Shown piece after piece: positions 1 through 12,742 of a stretch of 64,000 nt of DNA (its first letter is position 1; every line of letters begins with the position of its first letter). The DNA is taken from the NCBI GenBank assembly GCA_964016885.1, contig OZ024757.1, positions 11,408,001 to 11,472,000 of the forward strand. The letters are read 5' to 3'. A model generated the notes under the pieces. That model ran no database searches. It had not been told where the DNA came from and was given only the letters and a program-made list of their open reading frames with translations. Made by a program: the position numbers and the translations under genes. This stretch comes from Eledone cirrhosa (taxonomy: Eukaryota).

Positions 1-3000
1 TGGAGATCATAACAGAAGAAATAACATGAATCCAGAGGAGAGAGAAGTTTATCTACAGAATAGAAGAAGTGAAGATCATGGTAGAAGAAATAACATGAAT
101 CCAGATGTGAGAGAAGCTTATCTACAGAATAGAAGTGGAGATCATGACTGAAGAAATAACATGAATCCAGAGGTGAGAGAAGTTTAACTACAGAATGGAA
201 GAAGTGGAGATCATGACCGAAGAAATAACATAAATCCAGAGGAGAGAGAAGTTTATCTACAGAATAGAAGAAGTGGAGATCATGATAGAAGAAATAACAT
301 GAATCCAGAGGTGAGAGAAGTTTATCTACAGAATAGAAGAAGTGGAGGTCATGACAGAAGAAATAACATGAATCCAGAGGAGAGACAAGCTTATCTACAG
401 AATAGAAGAAGTGGAGATCATGACAAAAGAAATAACATGAATCCAGAGGAGAGAGAAGCTTATCTACAGAATAGAAGTGGAGATCATGGTAGAAGAAATA
501 ACATGAATCCAGAGGTGAAAGGATTTTATCTACAGAATAGAAGAAGTGGAGATCATGGTAGAAGAAATAACATGAATCCAGAGGAGAGAGAATTTTATCT
601 ACCGAATAGAAAAAGTGGAGATCATGGTAGAAGAAATAACATGAATCCAGAGGAGAGAGAATTTTATCTACAGAATAGAAGAAGTGGAGATCATGGTAGA
701 AGAAATAACATGAATCCAGAGGTGAGAGAAGTTTATCTACAGAATAGAAGAAGTGAAGATCATGGTAGAAGAAATAACATGAATCCAGATGTGAGAGAAG
801 CTTATCTACAGAATAGAAGTGGAGATCATGACTGAAGAAATAACATGAATCCAGAGATGAGAGAAGTTTAACTACAGAATAGAAGAAGTGGAGATCATGA
901 CAGAAGAAATAGCATAAATCCAGAGGAGAGAGAAGTTTATCTACAGAATAGAAGAAGTGGAGGTCATGACAGAAGAAACAACAGGAATCCAGAGGTGAGA
1001 GAAGTGTATCTACAGAATAGAAGAAGTGGAGATCATGACAGAAGAAATAACATGAATCCAGAGGTGAGAGAAGTTTATCTACAGAATAGAAGGAGTGGAG
1101 ATCATGACAGAAGAAATAACATGAATCCAGAGGTGAGAGAAGTTTATCTACAGAATAGAAGAAGTGGAGATCATGGTAGAAGAAATAACATGAATCCAGA
1201 GGTGAGATAAGTTTATCTACAGAATAGAAGAAGTGGAGATCATGATAGAAGAAATAACATGAATCCAGAGGTGAGAGAAGTTTATCTGCAGAATAGAAGA
1301 AGTGGAGATCATGACAGAAGAAATAACACGAATCCAGAGGAGAGAGAAACTTATCTACACAATAGAAGTGGAGATCAGACAGAAGAAATAACATGAATCC
1401 AGAGGTGAGAGAAGTTTATCTACAGAATAGAAGAAGTGGAGATCATGACAGAAGAAATAACTTGAATCTAGAGGTGAGAGAAATTTATCTACAGAATAGA
1501 AGCAGCGGAGATCAGACAGAAGAAATAACAGGAATCCAGAGGAGAGAAGCTTATCTACAGAATAGAAGTGTAGATCATGACAGAAGAAATAACATGAGTC
1601 CAGAGGAGAGAGAAGTTTATCTACAGAATAGAAGAAGTGGAGATCATGACAGAAGAAATAACATGAATCCAGAGGAGAGAGAAGTTTATCTACAGAATAG
1701 AAGAAGTGAAGATCATGGTAGAAGAAATAACATGAATCCAGATGTGAGAGAAGCTTATCTACAGAATAGAAGTGGAGATCATGACTGAAGAAATAACATG
1801 AATCCAGAGGTGAGAGAAGTTTAACTACAGAATAGAAGAAGTGGAGATCATGACCGAAGAAATAACATAAATCCAGAGGAGAGAGAAGTTTATCTACAGA
1901 ATAGAAGAAGTGGAGATCATGACAGAAGAAATAACATGAATCCAGAGGTGAGAGAAGTTTATCTACAGAATAGAAGAAGTGGAGGTCATGACAGAAGAAA
2001 CAACAGGAATCCAGAGGTGACAGAAGTTTATCTACAGAATAGAAGAAGTGGAGATCATGACAGAAGAAATAACATGAATCCAGAGGTGAGAGAAGTTTAT
2101 CTACAGAATAGAAGAAGTGGAGATCATGACAGAAGAAATAACATGAATCCAGAGGTGAGAGAAGTTTATCTGCAGAATAGAAGAAGTGGAGATCATGACA
2201 GAAGAAATAACATGAATCCAGAGGTGAGAGAAGTTTATCTACAGAATAGAAGAAGTGGAGATCATGACAGAAGAAATAACATGAATCCAGAGGAGAGAGG
2301 AGTTTATCTACAGAATAGAAGAAGTGGAGATCATGACAGAAGAAATAACATGAATCCAGAGGAGAGAGAAGTTTATCTACAGAATAGAAGAAGTGGAGAT
2401 CATGACAGAAGAAATAACATGAATCCAGAGGAGAGAGGAGTTTATCTACAGAATAGAAGAAGTGGAGATCATGACAGAAGAAATAACATGAATCCAGAGG
2501 TGAGAGAAGTTTATCTACAGAATAGAAGAAGTGGAGGTCATGACAGAAGAAACAACAGGAATCCAGAGGTGACAGAAGTTTAACTACAGAATAGAAGAAG
2601 TGGAGATCATGACCGAAGAAATAACATAAATCCAGAGGAGAGAGAAGTTTATCTACAGAATAGAAGAAGTGGAGATCATTACAGAAGAAATAACATGAAT
2701 CCAGAGGTGAGAGAAGTTTATCTACAGAATAGAAGAAGTGGAGGTCATGACAGAAGAAACAACAGGAATCCAGAGGTGACAGAAGTTTATCTACAGAATA
2801 GAAGAAGTGGAGATCATGACAGAAGAAATAACATGAATCCAGAGGTGAGAGAAGTTTATCTACAGAATAGAAGAAGTGGAGATCATGACAGAAGAAATAA
2901 CATGAATCCAGAGGTGAGAGAAGTTTATCTGCAGAATAGAAGAAGTGGAGATCATGACAGAAGAAATAACATGAATCCAGAGGTGAGAGAAGTTTATCTA

Positions 3001-3600
3001 CAGAATAGAAGAAGTGGAGATCATGACAGAAGAAATAACATGAATCCAGAGGAGAGAGGAGTTTATCTACAGAATAGAAGAAGTGGAGATCATGACAGAA
3101 GAAATAACATGAATCCAGAGGTGAGAGAAGTTTATCTGCAGAATAGAAGAAGTGGAGATCATGACAGAAGAAATAACATGAATCCAGAGGAGAGAGAAGC
3201 TTATCTACTGAATAGAAGTGGAGATCATGGTAGAAGAAATAACATGAATCCAGAGGAGAGAGAATTTTATCTACAGAATAGAAGAAGTGGAGATCATGGT
3301 AGAAGAAATAACATGAATCCAGAGGTGAGAGAAGTTTATCTACAGAATAGAAGAAGTGGAGAATATGACAGAAGAAATAACATGAATCCAGAGGAGAGAG
3401 AAGTTTATCTACAGAATAGAAGAAGTGTAGATCATGACAGAAGAAATAACAGGAATCCAGAGGTGAGAGAAGTTTATCTACAGAATAGAAGAAGTGGAGA
3501 TCATGACAGAAGAAATAACATGAATCCAGAGGAGAGAGAAGTTTATCTACAGGATAATAGAAACAGAGTTCAAGAGCGAAGAAATGATATGAATACAGAG
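1..3600 (+). repeat. 69-bp (23-codon) coding-like satellite, consensus peptide MNPEVREVYLQNRRSGDHDRRNN (STPR-like); runs off the left edge
   Basis: About 52 tandem units of ATGAATCCAGAGGTGAGAGAAGTTTATCTACAGAATAGAAGAAGTGGAGATCATGACAGAAGAAATAAC. 66-bp variants lose exactly one codon. ORFs 299-835, 1936-2583 and 2695-3687 are interrupted by recurring stops. Confidence 0.95.
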
Positions 3601-3724
3601 GAGAGTGAAGTTTATCTAGAGAATATGGGAAACAGAGTTCAACAGCGACGAAATGTCATAATTGAAGAGACAACTTTGATTAACTGATAAATATTCATTG
3701 GACAATATTTAAATTTAAAAAATT

Positions 3725-3754
3725 ATCCGTGAATTTTTTCGCTTGTCCAGCTAG
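3725..3754 (+). mobile_element. Possible degenerate Helitron 3' terminus
   Basis: CCGTGAATTTTTTCGC weak hairpin, then CCAG-CTAG (3751-3754) followed by T, about 65 bp after the satellite ORF stop. Confidence 0.4.
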
Positions 3755-4800
3755 TTTATATAATTATATCCTAGAAATAAATCATTAAAATATCATTCTT
3801 ACTGTTAATCAGTTCCATGTTAATCAACATAAACTATAGGGTTTCTCTTACACCATCAATTTATCAAAACACAAGTTTGCCAGTAGTTCTGGTAATCCTG
3901 GTATATATATAACATAACAAACCTAGACTCCAAATATTAAATATATTCAACACTATTGCTGTCATTATTGACAGACTTGCTTCATTAGTAAGTTTATAAG
4001 TTCCATACTGAATTAATTTCCTGTTTTCTTCTGTGACTAAGTTTTATTTTAAGTTTTCTTGTTACTTTATATTAGGGAGTCAATGATACCATCAAAGTTA
4101 GTGGCCCTGTAACCTGGGTATTGTTAATATTCTAATATTCAGTTTCAAAATATACAAAGTGTGATAGAATTAAAGATAATTTAAATAGCAATGAAGTGTT
4201 TGTGTTATATGTACACATGGGTCCCGAATAATAGGGGTTAGTTTGGAATAAACAAGGGAGGTGGTTGGCAAAGTCGTAATTTTACTAAGTTGTCCTGTTG
4301 ATTTTTTAAAAACCAAAATTACTTGTTTAGTTTACATATCAGAGCTCATCCAATCCTATTTATTTTATAATGTATGGGATTTCTTAAAATGTTCTCTTTT
4401 GTCATGTCTATTGTTTTGGAATGTACAAAGAAAATTGTGAGAGGAATGCTACCAGTTGAAAGAAAATTTGACCAGAGAGAGATTAGCAAGATTTCATAAG
4501 TGGGATCTGGGGGTGGAACAAATTAATAAGCAGGGTGGTTGGGATTATTCTAGTATTAAAACTACTAACGAGGTGATATCATTATATATGGTGTTGATAA
4601 AAGAGATTTAGATGGGAATATAACGAAATGGTGAAGTCACAAACTTGATAAATTCCTTAAATATAACTCTTTTATTAACAAAATATGGAATGAAATTTAG
4701 GGCATAAATATAATTTATATAATTATGAAAAATTACTCAATTATTTCCAAAAGATTAAAGTCAGAAAGAAAAAGAAAAAAAAGGTAAAAACAACTCCTTT

Positions 4801-5200
4801 AATTACTATAGCAGAGAATGTTGGTGTAACCCTCCAACATTTCTGATATAAGAGAAAGCACAACATTTCCTCAGGTGAGAGAGGGTCCCTCAATTAAACA
4901 CTACAACAGAGAATGTTGGTGTAACCCTCCAACATGTCTGATATAAGAGAAGTCACAGCATTTCCTCAGGTGAGAGAGGGTTCCTCAATTAAACACTACA
5001 ACAGAGAATGTTGGTGTAACCCTCCAACATGTCTGATACAAGAGAAGTCACAGCATTTCCTCAGGTGAGAGAGGGTCCCTCAATTAAACACTACAACAGA
5101 GAATGTTGGTGTAACCCTCCAACATGTCTGATACAAGAGAAGTCACAGCATTTCCTCAGGTGAGAGAGGGTCCCTCAATTAAACACTACAGGGTATGTTG
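4801..5200. repeat. 95-bp minisatellite (~4 copies) in the ZNF 3' flank
   Basis: GAATGTTGGTG recurs at 4816, 4911, 5006 and 5101. Related units flank other ZNF copies. Confidence 0.9.
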
Positions 5201-5416
5201 GTGTTAGTAAAAGAATGCTGACTTGTCTTGCATAGATTAAAAATGACTTCAAGAAGACAAGGAAAAGATATGAACATGAATTTAATTCCAACTAAAAATA
5301 TATTTTTGAAATGACAAGCAATGTTTGGAGTCTGTAGAAGTGCTAAGAGTTCCCACATGATGTTGGTAGACAATAGTTAAAACGTTTCCTTCTAGTATGA
5401 GTTTCTTTGTGTTTAT

Positions 5417-6166
<750 letters not shown>

Positions 6167-6194
6167 AGTAATTCTTGAAGAATTCTTTGAAGTT

Positions 6195-6340
6195 CTGAAG
6201 ATATATGACTGTGTAAGACTGATGTTGGTATAAGAAAGTGTAAGAGAGAGTCTGTGTGTCTTAATAAATGAGGATTGTTCACCACGGAGTGTAGAAAAGT
6301 ACATAATATCTGCTGTGTTAACAATACAAGTAATACGTAC
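6195..6340 (-). other. Putative 146-nt 5'UTR intron of Z1; non-coding first exon at ~6341-6480
   Basis: Minus-strand donor AAA|GTACGT at 6340 and acceptor ATCTTCAG at 6195, just upstream of the ATG at 6166. Donor and upstream exon are conserved in paralogs at 47384-47480 and 55688-55850. Confidence 0.6.
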
Positions 6341-6564
6341 TTTATATTTCAAGTCCAAGTGTAAAGTCGAGAAAGACTAGGAAAGCTGATTGTTCAGATG
6401 TTGGTGATTTAAACCTATTTCTCACTGTCCTGTAAAATGTGGAACAACCAATTCACGATGTAGCGTAGTTTCTCTTGAAATGAAATATTTAATCATGTAG
6501 GAGATGGAACACCTACCCTGGAACATGTAGCTCACTCTATGTTATCTACAGAATATTAACTTTC

Positions 6565-7057
6565 GGCACTACCATGCTATTAGCTGTCAGAAGTGGAAGT
6601 TTCGTCAACCTTCTCAATCGTAAACATCCTTTATTTCCGTATTACCACGCTTTATTTTAATAAAGCATATCGATGTAAGAGGTGTTGTTACTTAAATGAA
6701 AACATAGGTGGCCCTTAAAAGGGCAAGATTAGAAAACAAGTCATGGTTATCAAATAAATTGGATTTAATCATTTATATTTTCATAGTCATGGTTATCAAT
6801 TTCATGTATAGGGTTGGTGAAACAAATTTGATAACAATATATTTGTTTTGTAATTTGGCCCTTTTAAGGGCCACCTATATTTTCATTAAAGTTAACTCCA
6901 CTGTTGGTGAAAGTGACTTGTTTTCTACATTGATAACCATGACTATGAAAATATAGTTCATGGTATTAGCTGTCAGAAGTCGTGGTAATACGGAAATAAA
7001 CGATGTTTACGATTGAGAAGGTTTTTCACTTCTGACAGCTAATAGCATGGTAGTGCC
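6565..7057. mobile_element. Merlin/IS1595-like MITE with GGCACTAC TIRs and 9-bp TSD
   Basis: ~85-bp imperfect TIRs GGCACTACCATGCTATTAGCTGTCAGAAGTG / CACTTCTGACAGCTAATAGCATGGTAGTGCC. TSD TTAACTTTC / TGAACTTTC. Empty site at 53255-53263. Confidence 0.85.
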
Positions 7058-7631
7058 TGAACTTTCACCTTAACATGAGATAATTGCTATACAAGATATA
7101 ATTATATTAATTAAAGTTATAATTAAGATAGCAGGTACGTGGTGTCGTTGCTAATGTTTCCCCGCTCTTAAACAACACCGGTGTCATACGTTAAAAGTCC
7201 CTGACATAATTTAAAACCTTTAGAAAGACCTTCAGTTATATCCATTCACTCCATCAATTGTATCCAACCCCTGGTAAAACAAGCAGCATCACTCAGTGAA
7301 ATATTTATTACGTGTCAAGGAGGGAGTCTCTTACCTGATTATTTGACCTGGTAGAAATAGCAGCCAGCACACACTCTAAAGTCTTAAAGTAAAGCAATTA
7401 ATTACACATTTCGCTCCTCGACAGGTTTGCGGTCGTGCCCTTGGCAGTAGGGACTTCCGGTGTCCTTGGCCCTAGGGCAACTTCCCTACCTACCACCATA
7501 GAAACAGAGTTGACTACCCGCAGAGAGACTCTTACCTAGTTGCTTGACCTGGTAGAAATAGCAGCCAAATATCACTCTCTACTGTCTTACGACAACAAAG
7601 ACGATGTTCTGTGGTTTAGTCACACACACAC

Positions 7632-7700
<69 letters not shown>

Positions 7701-8061
7701 CTGCATTCCGAATCTGCATTCGTCAGCCAAAAGCTTCGTTAATGCTGTACTAAAATTTGTATATATATATATATATATATATGTCTGTATATAACCCCCT
7801 AGCTCTAAATAAACATTGCCCATATTCTCCAGTTTAAAACACTGGAGGAACACATTCAGTCGTTTAGTCATATATATATATATATATGTTAATATTTTGA
7901 ATTAATATTAATAACTCCGGAAAACCAATACTGTGGAGTGCTTCTAGTCTATTGTAAAATGTTATTCATTGATTTATTCATTGAACCTTGTTTAATCTTT
8001 AAATATATATATATATGACTAAACGATGTGAGAAAAACCACAACCCTCCATCTCAACTCTA

Positions 8062-8098
8062 CTTTTGAAAAGCAGAAGAACTGCGAAACCGGTAAAGG
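8062..8098 (+). ncRNA. Degenerate minimal hammerhead ribozyme relic
   Basis: CTT-TTGAAAA-GCAG(aagaa)CTGC-GAAA-CCGG-TA-AAG. Helix II and palindromic helix III are intact, but CUGANGA carries 2 mutations. Confidence 0.35.
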
Positions 8099-8165
8099 AA
8101 CCAAATAAATATATATATATTTTTTAAATAAGACTCCAGTTGCATTTTCGATTTCATATTTTTTT

Positions 8166-8213
<48 letters not shown>

Positions 8214-8375
8214 CTAGATGGGTCCAGCTAAAACAATTTCTAATATTTAAATATATGCCTACTCGATCATACTAATCTGGGAGTTGAATTATGCCATGGT
8301 GAGGTTGTCTCCCCTGGTAGTGTTAATTGTTTGTATATATATTTATATCTCCATCTGTAACTCAATAAAATTTAT

Positions 8376-10960
8376 CATGGCTTGGCTTCGAGAACAAAGG
8401 TGAAGAAGGAGTTGTTGTACGTTGATTGAAGGCCTGCTTGTGGCTGGTCAGGCCTATGTAGGACAGGCATGGCACAGCCACAGATGAAGGTCTGGAGAAG
8501 GGTTTGATAACTTGGTGTTGTTGTTCTTCCTCCTAGGTCTCTTCTCCTCGAGGGTGGCCCTGTGGGTGTTTTTCAAGGAGCAGACAGCATGGTTGTAGGT
8601 GAGACACCAGGCGTCCCATGTCTCAGCTAGGGTGGACCACCAGTGATGGTCGATGTGACAAGGAATTCTTTCAAACAGTCCTTGTATTGCTTCTTGGTGG
8701 CCCCCTGTCACAATGATCAGTGGAGAGTTCACCATAGAGCATGATCCTTCATCCAGGAGATGTACCCTGCCCAGCTTGGTGTTGCACTCAAGGAGACAAA
8801 GGTGGTGATGTTAAGTGACCCACAACTCTAAGCCATATAGGAAGGACTATGGTTCTGTACACTCTGATCGTGGTACCCTTCTTCAGGCGTTTATTATTCT
8901 ACACAGGTTTGTACAGTCTGCCAAATGCACTGCTCACCTTTGCCAGTCTGTTACCAGTCGATCTTGAGATGTGACGTGATGGTGCACCCCAGGTTGGTGA
9001 ACAGATGGACCATTTTTCAGTTCAGTCTCACCAATTGGTATATGGAGGGAGGTACTCTTCCTGAAGTGTAGGCTGGTGGAGTACATCTATCTTCTTTAAG
9101 CTGACATCCCAAAGAGTTGGGCAGCTTCTGTGAAGCAGCAAGTGATGTGTTGCAAGACTCTTTCTGTGAGGCAAACAAGAGCAGCATCGTCTGCAAAGAA
9201 AAGGTCTCAGATCTGTTGCTCCAGGGACTTTCATGTTGGCCTGTAGTTGAGGAAGTTTAAACAGACTGCAGGCAAGATGGTATCAACATCTTCTGTGACC
9301 TGCTTGAACATCATTCTAAAGAGAGTTGGTGCTAGGACACAACCCTTCTACACACAGTTGATGTTTGGGAAGGGTTCTGAGAGGTCACTGTTGAGTCTGA
9401 CCTGACCACACTGGCCTTCCTGTAGCTGGATGACGATGTTCAGGAACTTTAGGGAACAAATGAGTCATTCCATGATCTGTTCATTATATTGAATGATTTA
9501 GTAAAGTCAATAAACACCACATACAGCCCTTTATTTTGCTCTCAGCACTTCTCTTGAAGCTGCCTGAGAATGAACACCTTGTCTATGGTGTTATTGTTGA
9601 CTTTGTAGCTACACTGACTCTCTGGGAGGTGTTATTGTGATGTCTATGGTGTTGCTGTTGACTTTGTAGCTACACTGACTCTTTGGGAGGTGTTATTGTG
9701 ATGTATGTGGTGTTATTATTGACTTTGTATCTACACTGACTCTCTGGGAGGTGTTATTGTGATGTTTATGGAGTTGTTGTTGTCTTTGTAGCTACACTGA
9801 CTATCTGGGAGCTGTTATTGTGATGTCTGTGGTGTTGTTGTTTACTCTGTAGCTATACTGACTCTCTGGGAGGTGTTATTGTGATGTCTATGGTGTTGTT
9901 GTTGACTTGTAGCTACACTGACTCTCTGGAGGTGTTGTGATGTCTGTGGTGTTGTTGTTGACTCTGTAGCTACACTGACTCTCTGGGAGGTGTTATTGTG
10001 ATGTCTATGGTGTTGTTGTTGTCTTTGTAGCTACACTGACTCTCTGGGAGGTGTTATTGTGATGTATGTGGTGTTGTTGTTGACTTTGTAGTTACACTGA
10101 CTCTCTGGGAGGTGTTATTGTGATGTCTATGGTGTTGTTGTTGTCTTTGTAGCTACACTGACTCTCTGGGAGCTGTTATTGTGATGTCTATGGTGTTGTT
10201 GTTGACTTTGTAGCTACACTGACTCTCTGGGAGGTGTTATTGTGATGTCTATGGTGTTGTTGTTGTCTTTGTAGCTACACTGACTCTCTGGGAGGTAATA
10301 TTGTGATGTCTATGGTGTTGTTGTTGTCTTTGTAGCTACACTGACTCTCTGGGAGGTGTTATTGTGATGTATGTGGTGTTGTTGTTGACTCTGTAGCTAG
10401 ACTGACTCTCTGGGAGGTGTTATTGTGATGTCTATGGTGTTGTTCTTGACTCTGTAGCTACACACTCTCTCTCTCTCTGGGAGGTGTTATTCTGCAATGG
10501 TAGGTACCATCTGGTTCAACAGCATCTCTTCAGTGATTTTTCTCATGACGGAGAGTAGAGTAACCCCCCAGTAATTTGAGCAGTCTGATTTCCCCCCTTT
10601 GTTCTTGTACAGGCTGATGATGACTGCATCACAGAGATCTTATGGTAGATTGCCCTGCTCCCTGCAACATACAAAGAGCTTGTGGAGTTTTGCATGTAGT
10701 GTGGTCCTCGAATCTTCCACATCTTCTTCCCACAACAGAGAGCAGAATAATCCCTGGTAATTTCAGCAATCTAACTTTGCCCCTTTGTTCTTGTAAAGGG
10801 TGATGATGATTGCACTACAGAGATCTTGTGGAGTTTCACATGTAATGCTGGGCTTCCATGTTTCAACATCTTATGTAGAATTCCTTCAACTCCTGCAGCA
10901 TTGCCACTCCTTCGCAGCTCTATAGCTTTGGTGGTCTCTTCAATGGTGGACAAGTCATCC
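8376..10960 (-). mobile_element. Decayed, 5'-truncated RTE/BovB-like LINE (RT and 3' end)
   Basis: Minus-strand remnants such as LYKNKGGKSDCSNYWGVTLLS, HLPESQC, VFILRQLQEKC, GLYVVFIDFTKSF, with many stops and indels. Confidence 0.85.
9582..10490. repeat. 61-bp minisatellite (~15 copies) inside the LINE RT
   Basis: Unit CTACACTGACTCTCTGGGAGGTGTTATTGTGATGTCTATGGTGTTGTTGTTGACTTTGTAG. Confidence 0.95.
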
Positions 10961-11207
10961 ATGTTTGTGTGTTCATGGCTTGATTGAAAATCAGTGCTGT
11001 GAAAATTGAGACATTCATCCTCTCAAGGAAGCCTGCACCCTGCACTCTACATGTGAATGGAGTTCCACTGAAAGCAAGTGGAGAAGTTCAATTATTTCAG
11101 GGCCATGTCCACAAGTGATGGCTGAAAGAATATGATCACAAATACAAGTGGCCGAAATAGGGTCCTTGGAATAATGTTATTAAATAGAGTGCATGCCTCA
11201 GAGTTTC

Positions 11208-11558
11208 TTAAGGTAGACCCGCTACTTCTCTGAATTGAGAGTAATAGGGTTTTTGTCCAGTATGTGTTCTTTTGTATACAGTTAAATTACTGTTGGAAGC
11301 AAAATATTTCCCACATATTTCACAGTGACAGGGTTTGTCTTTAATATGTATGTGTTTGTGTGTAGATAATTCATCTTCTGATGAGAAAATTTTCCTACAA
11401 ATCTCACAGCTATATTCAAGAATATTTCTGTTTAATGATCCATGTTCAGTACATGTTTCACTAGGTAAAGGTTTCTCACCACTGTATGTCTGTGTAACTG
11501 TATCTATATTGGCAGAAACAGCTGTGTTAGAAATGTCCAACTGTTTAACGTCCTCCAT
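11208..11558 (-). pseudogene. C2H2 ZNF copy Z2, truncated after 2 fingers
   Basis: 116-aa ORF MEDVKQLDISNTAVS...CEICRK..H, CEICGK...HTGQKPYY, then unrelated sequence. Confidence 0.85.
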
Positions 11559-12231
11559 AGTAATTCTTGAAGTATATTTAAAAGTTGAGAATTGATATTA
11601 CAGTGAAGAAAATGTTTGTGTGTATCGTTCATTGAAACACTACTGTGTTGCTCTGGGCCTATCTCAGTAGAATTTCAAATGGTAGATGGACATATTCTAC
11701 ATTTACTTTAATATAGATTTAAACAAAGATGGTAGAATTGCAGAATTGGTAGAGCACCAGATAAAATATCATTGCAGTATTTGTTCTGGTTCTTAACATT
11801 CCCAGTTCAAATCCTGCCAAGGTCAAATAATTATTTCAACATTCTATAGTTGATAAAATATATTACCAGTCAGGTATTGGTTTAATCAACTTTGCCCCTC
11901 TCCTAAATCTGCTGCTCTTGAGCCTAATTTAAAAATCAATAGAGATTTAACTAGTTTTAGCAAATAACATTTGTTGCTTCATATTTCTTGAAACATTTCT
12001 TATAATTGACTGCGACTAACAACAATCAGTAAACTATACCATCACTACCTCCAATGATACAAACCTGGACAGTGTGGGAGAATTCTTTCTGGCATGGAGA
12101 ACACTATGTATCAGCTACCTTGTGGTCCCAGGAGAGGACAGAATGGTGATAGGGGGTTACCCTGGGGGACAGCAAGTGAGATGTGTTGAAATAGCTTTTA
12201 AAACCTGTGGGGCTTTCTCCTGTGTGTAGAC

Positions 12232-12512
12232 AACTCCACCCTGATAACAGTTAGTAGGGAGGTAGTTTAGGGACCAAGTCTGACAATTGTCTCCACCAAT
12301 ATAGTTTAACAAGACACTTCTGTGTGTTGCCAACTCCACCCTGTTATAAGGGTGGAGTTAGCCATCTACAGGAGTATCTTGTTAAACTATAGTGGTGGAG
12401 ACAATTGTCATACTTGGTCCCTAAACTACCTCTCTATAGTTTAACAAGACACACCTGTGTATGGCTAACTCCACCCTGATAACAGTTAGTAGGGAGGTGG
12501 TATAGGGACCAA
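12232..12512. repeat. Direct-inverted-direct triplication of a ~100-bp unit
   Basis: Palindrome centred at CCACCCTGTTATAAGGGTGG (~12345) with ~85-bp arms, after which the forward copy resumes. Confidence 0.85.
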
Positions 12513-12742
12513 GAATGCCAGAAATCTCCATTACTACAAGTTCAACAACAAACAACTACTTCAACAGTTTGTGATATTTTGTGACTAAGTTTTCATTTTT
12601 CTTGTTACTTTAGGGAAACAATGATACCACCAAAGTTAGTGGCCCTATAACCAGGATACTGTAAAATTTCTAAATTTAAGTTGTAAAATATACGAAGAGT
12701 GATAGAAGTTTAATCATTTTAAACAATATTGAAGTGTTTGTA

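Noticed and set aside
7700-7745. Minus-strand CTGACGA plus hairpin
   Set aside because: No GAAA or helix III; runs into (TA)n.
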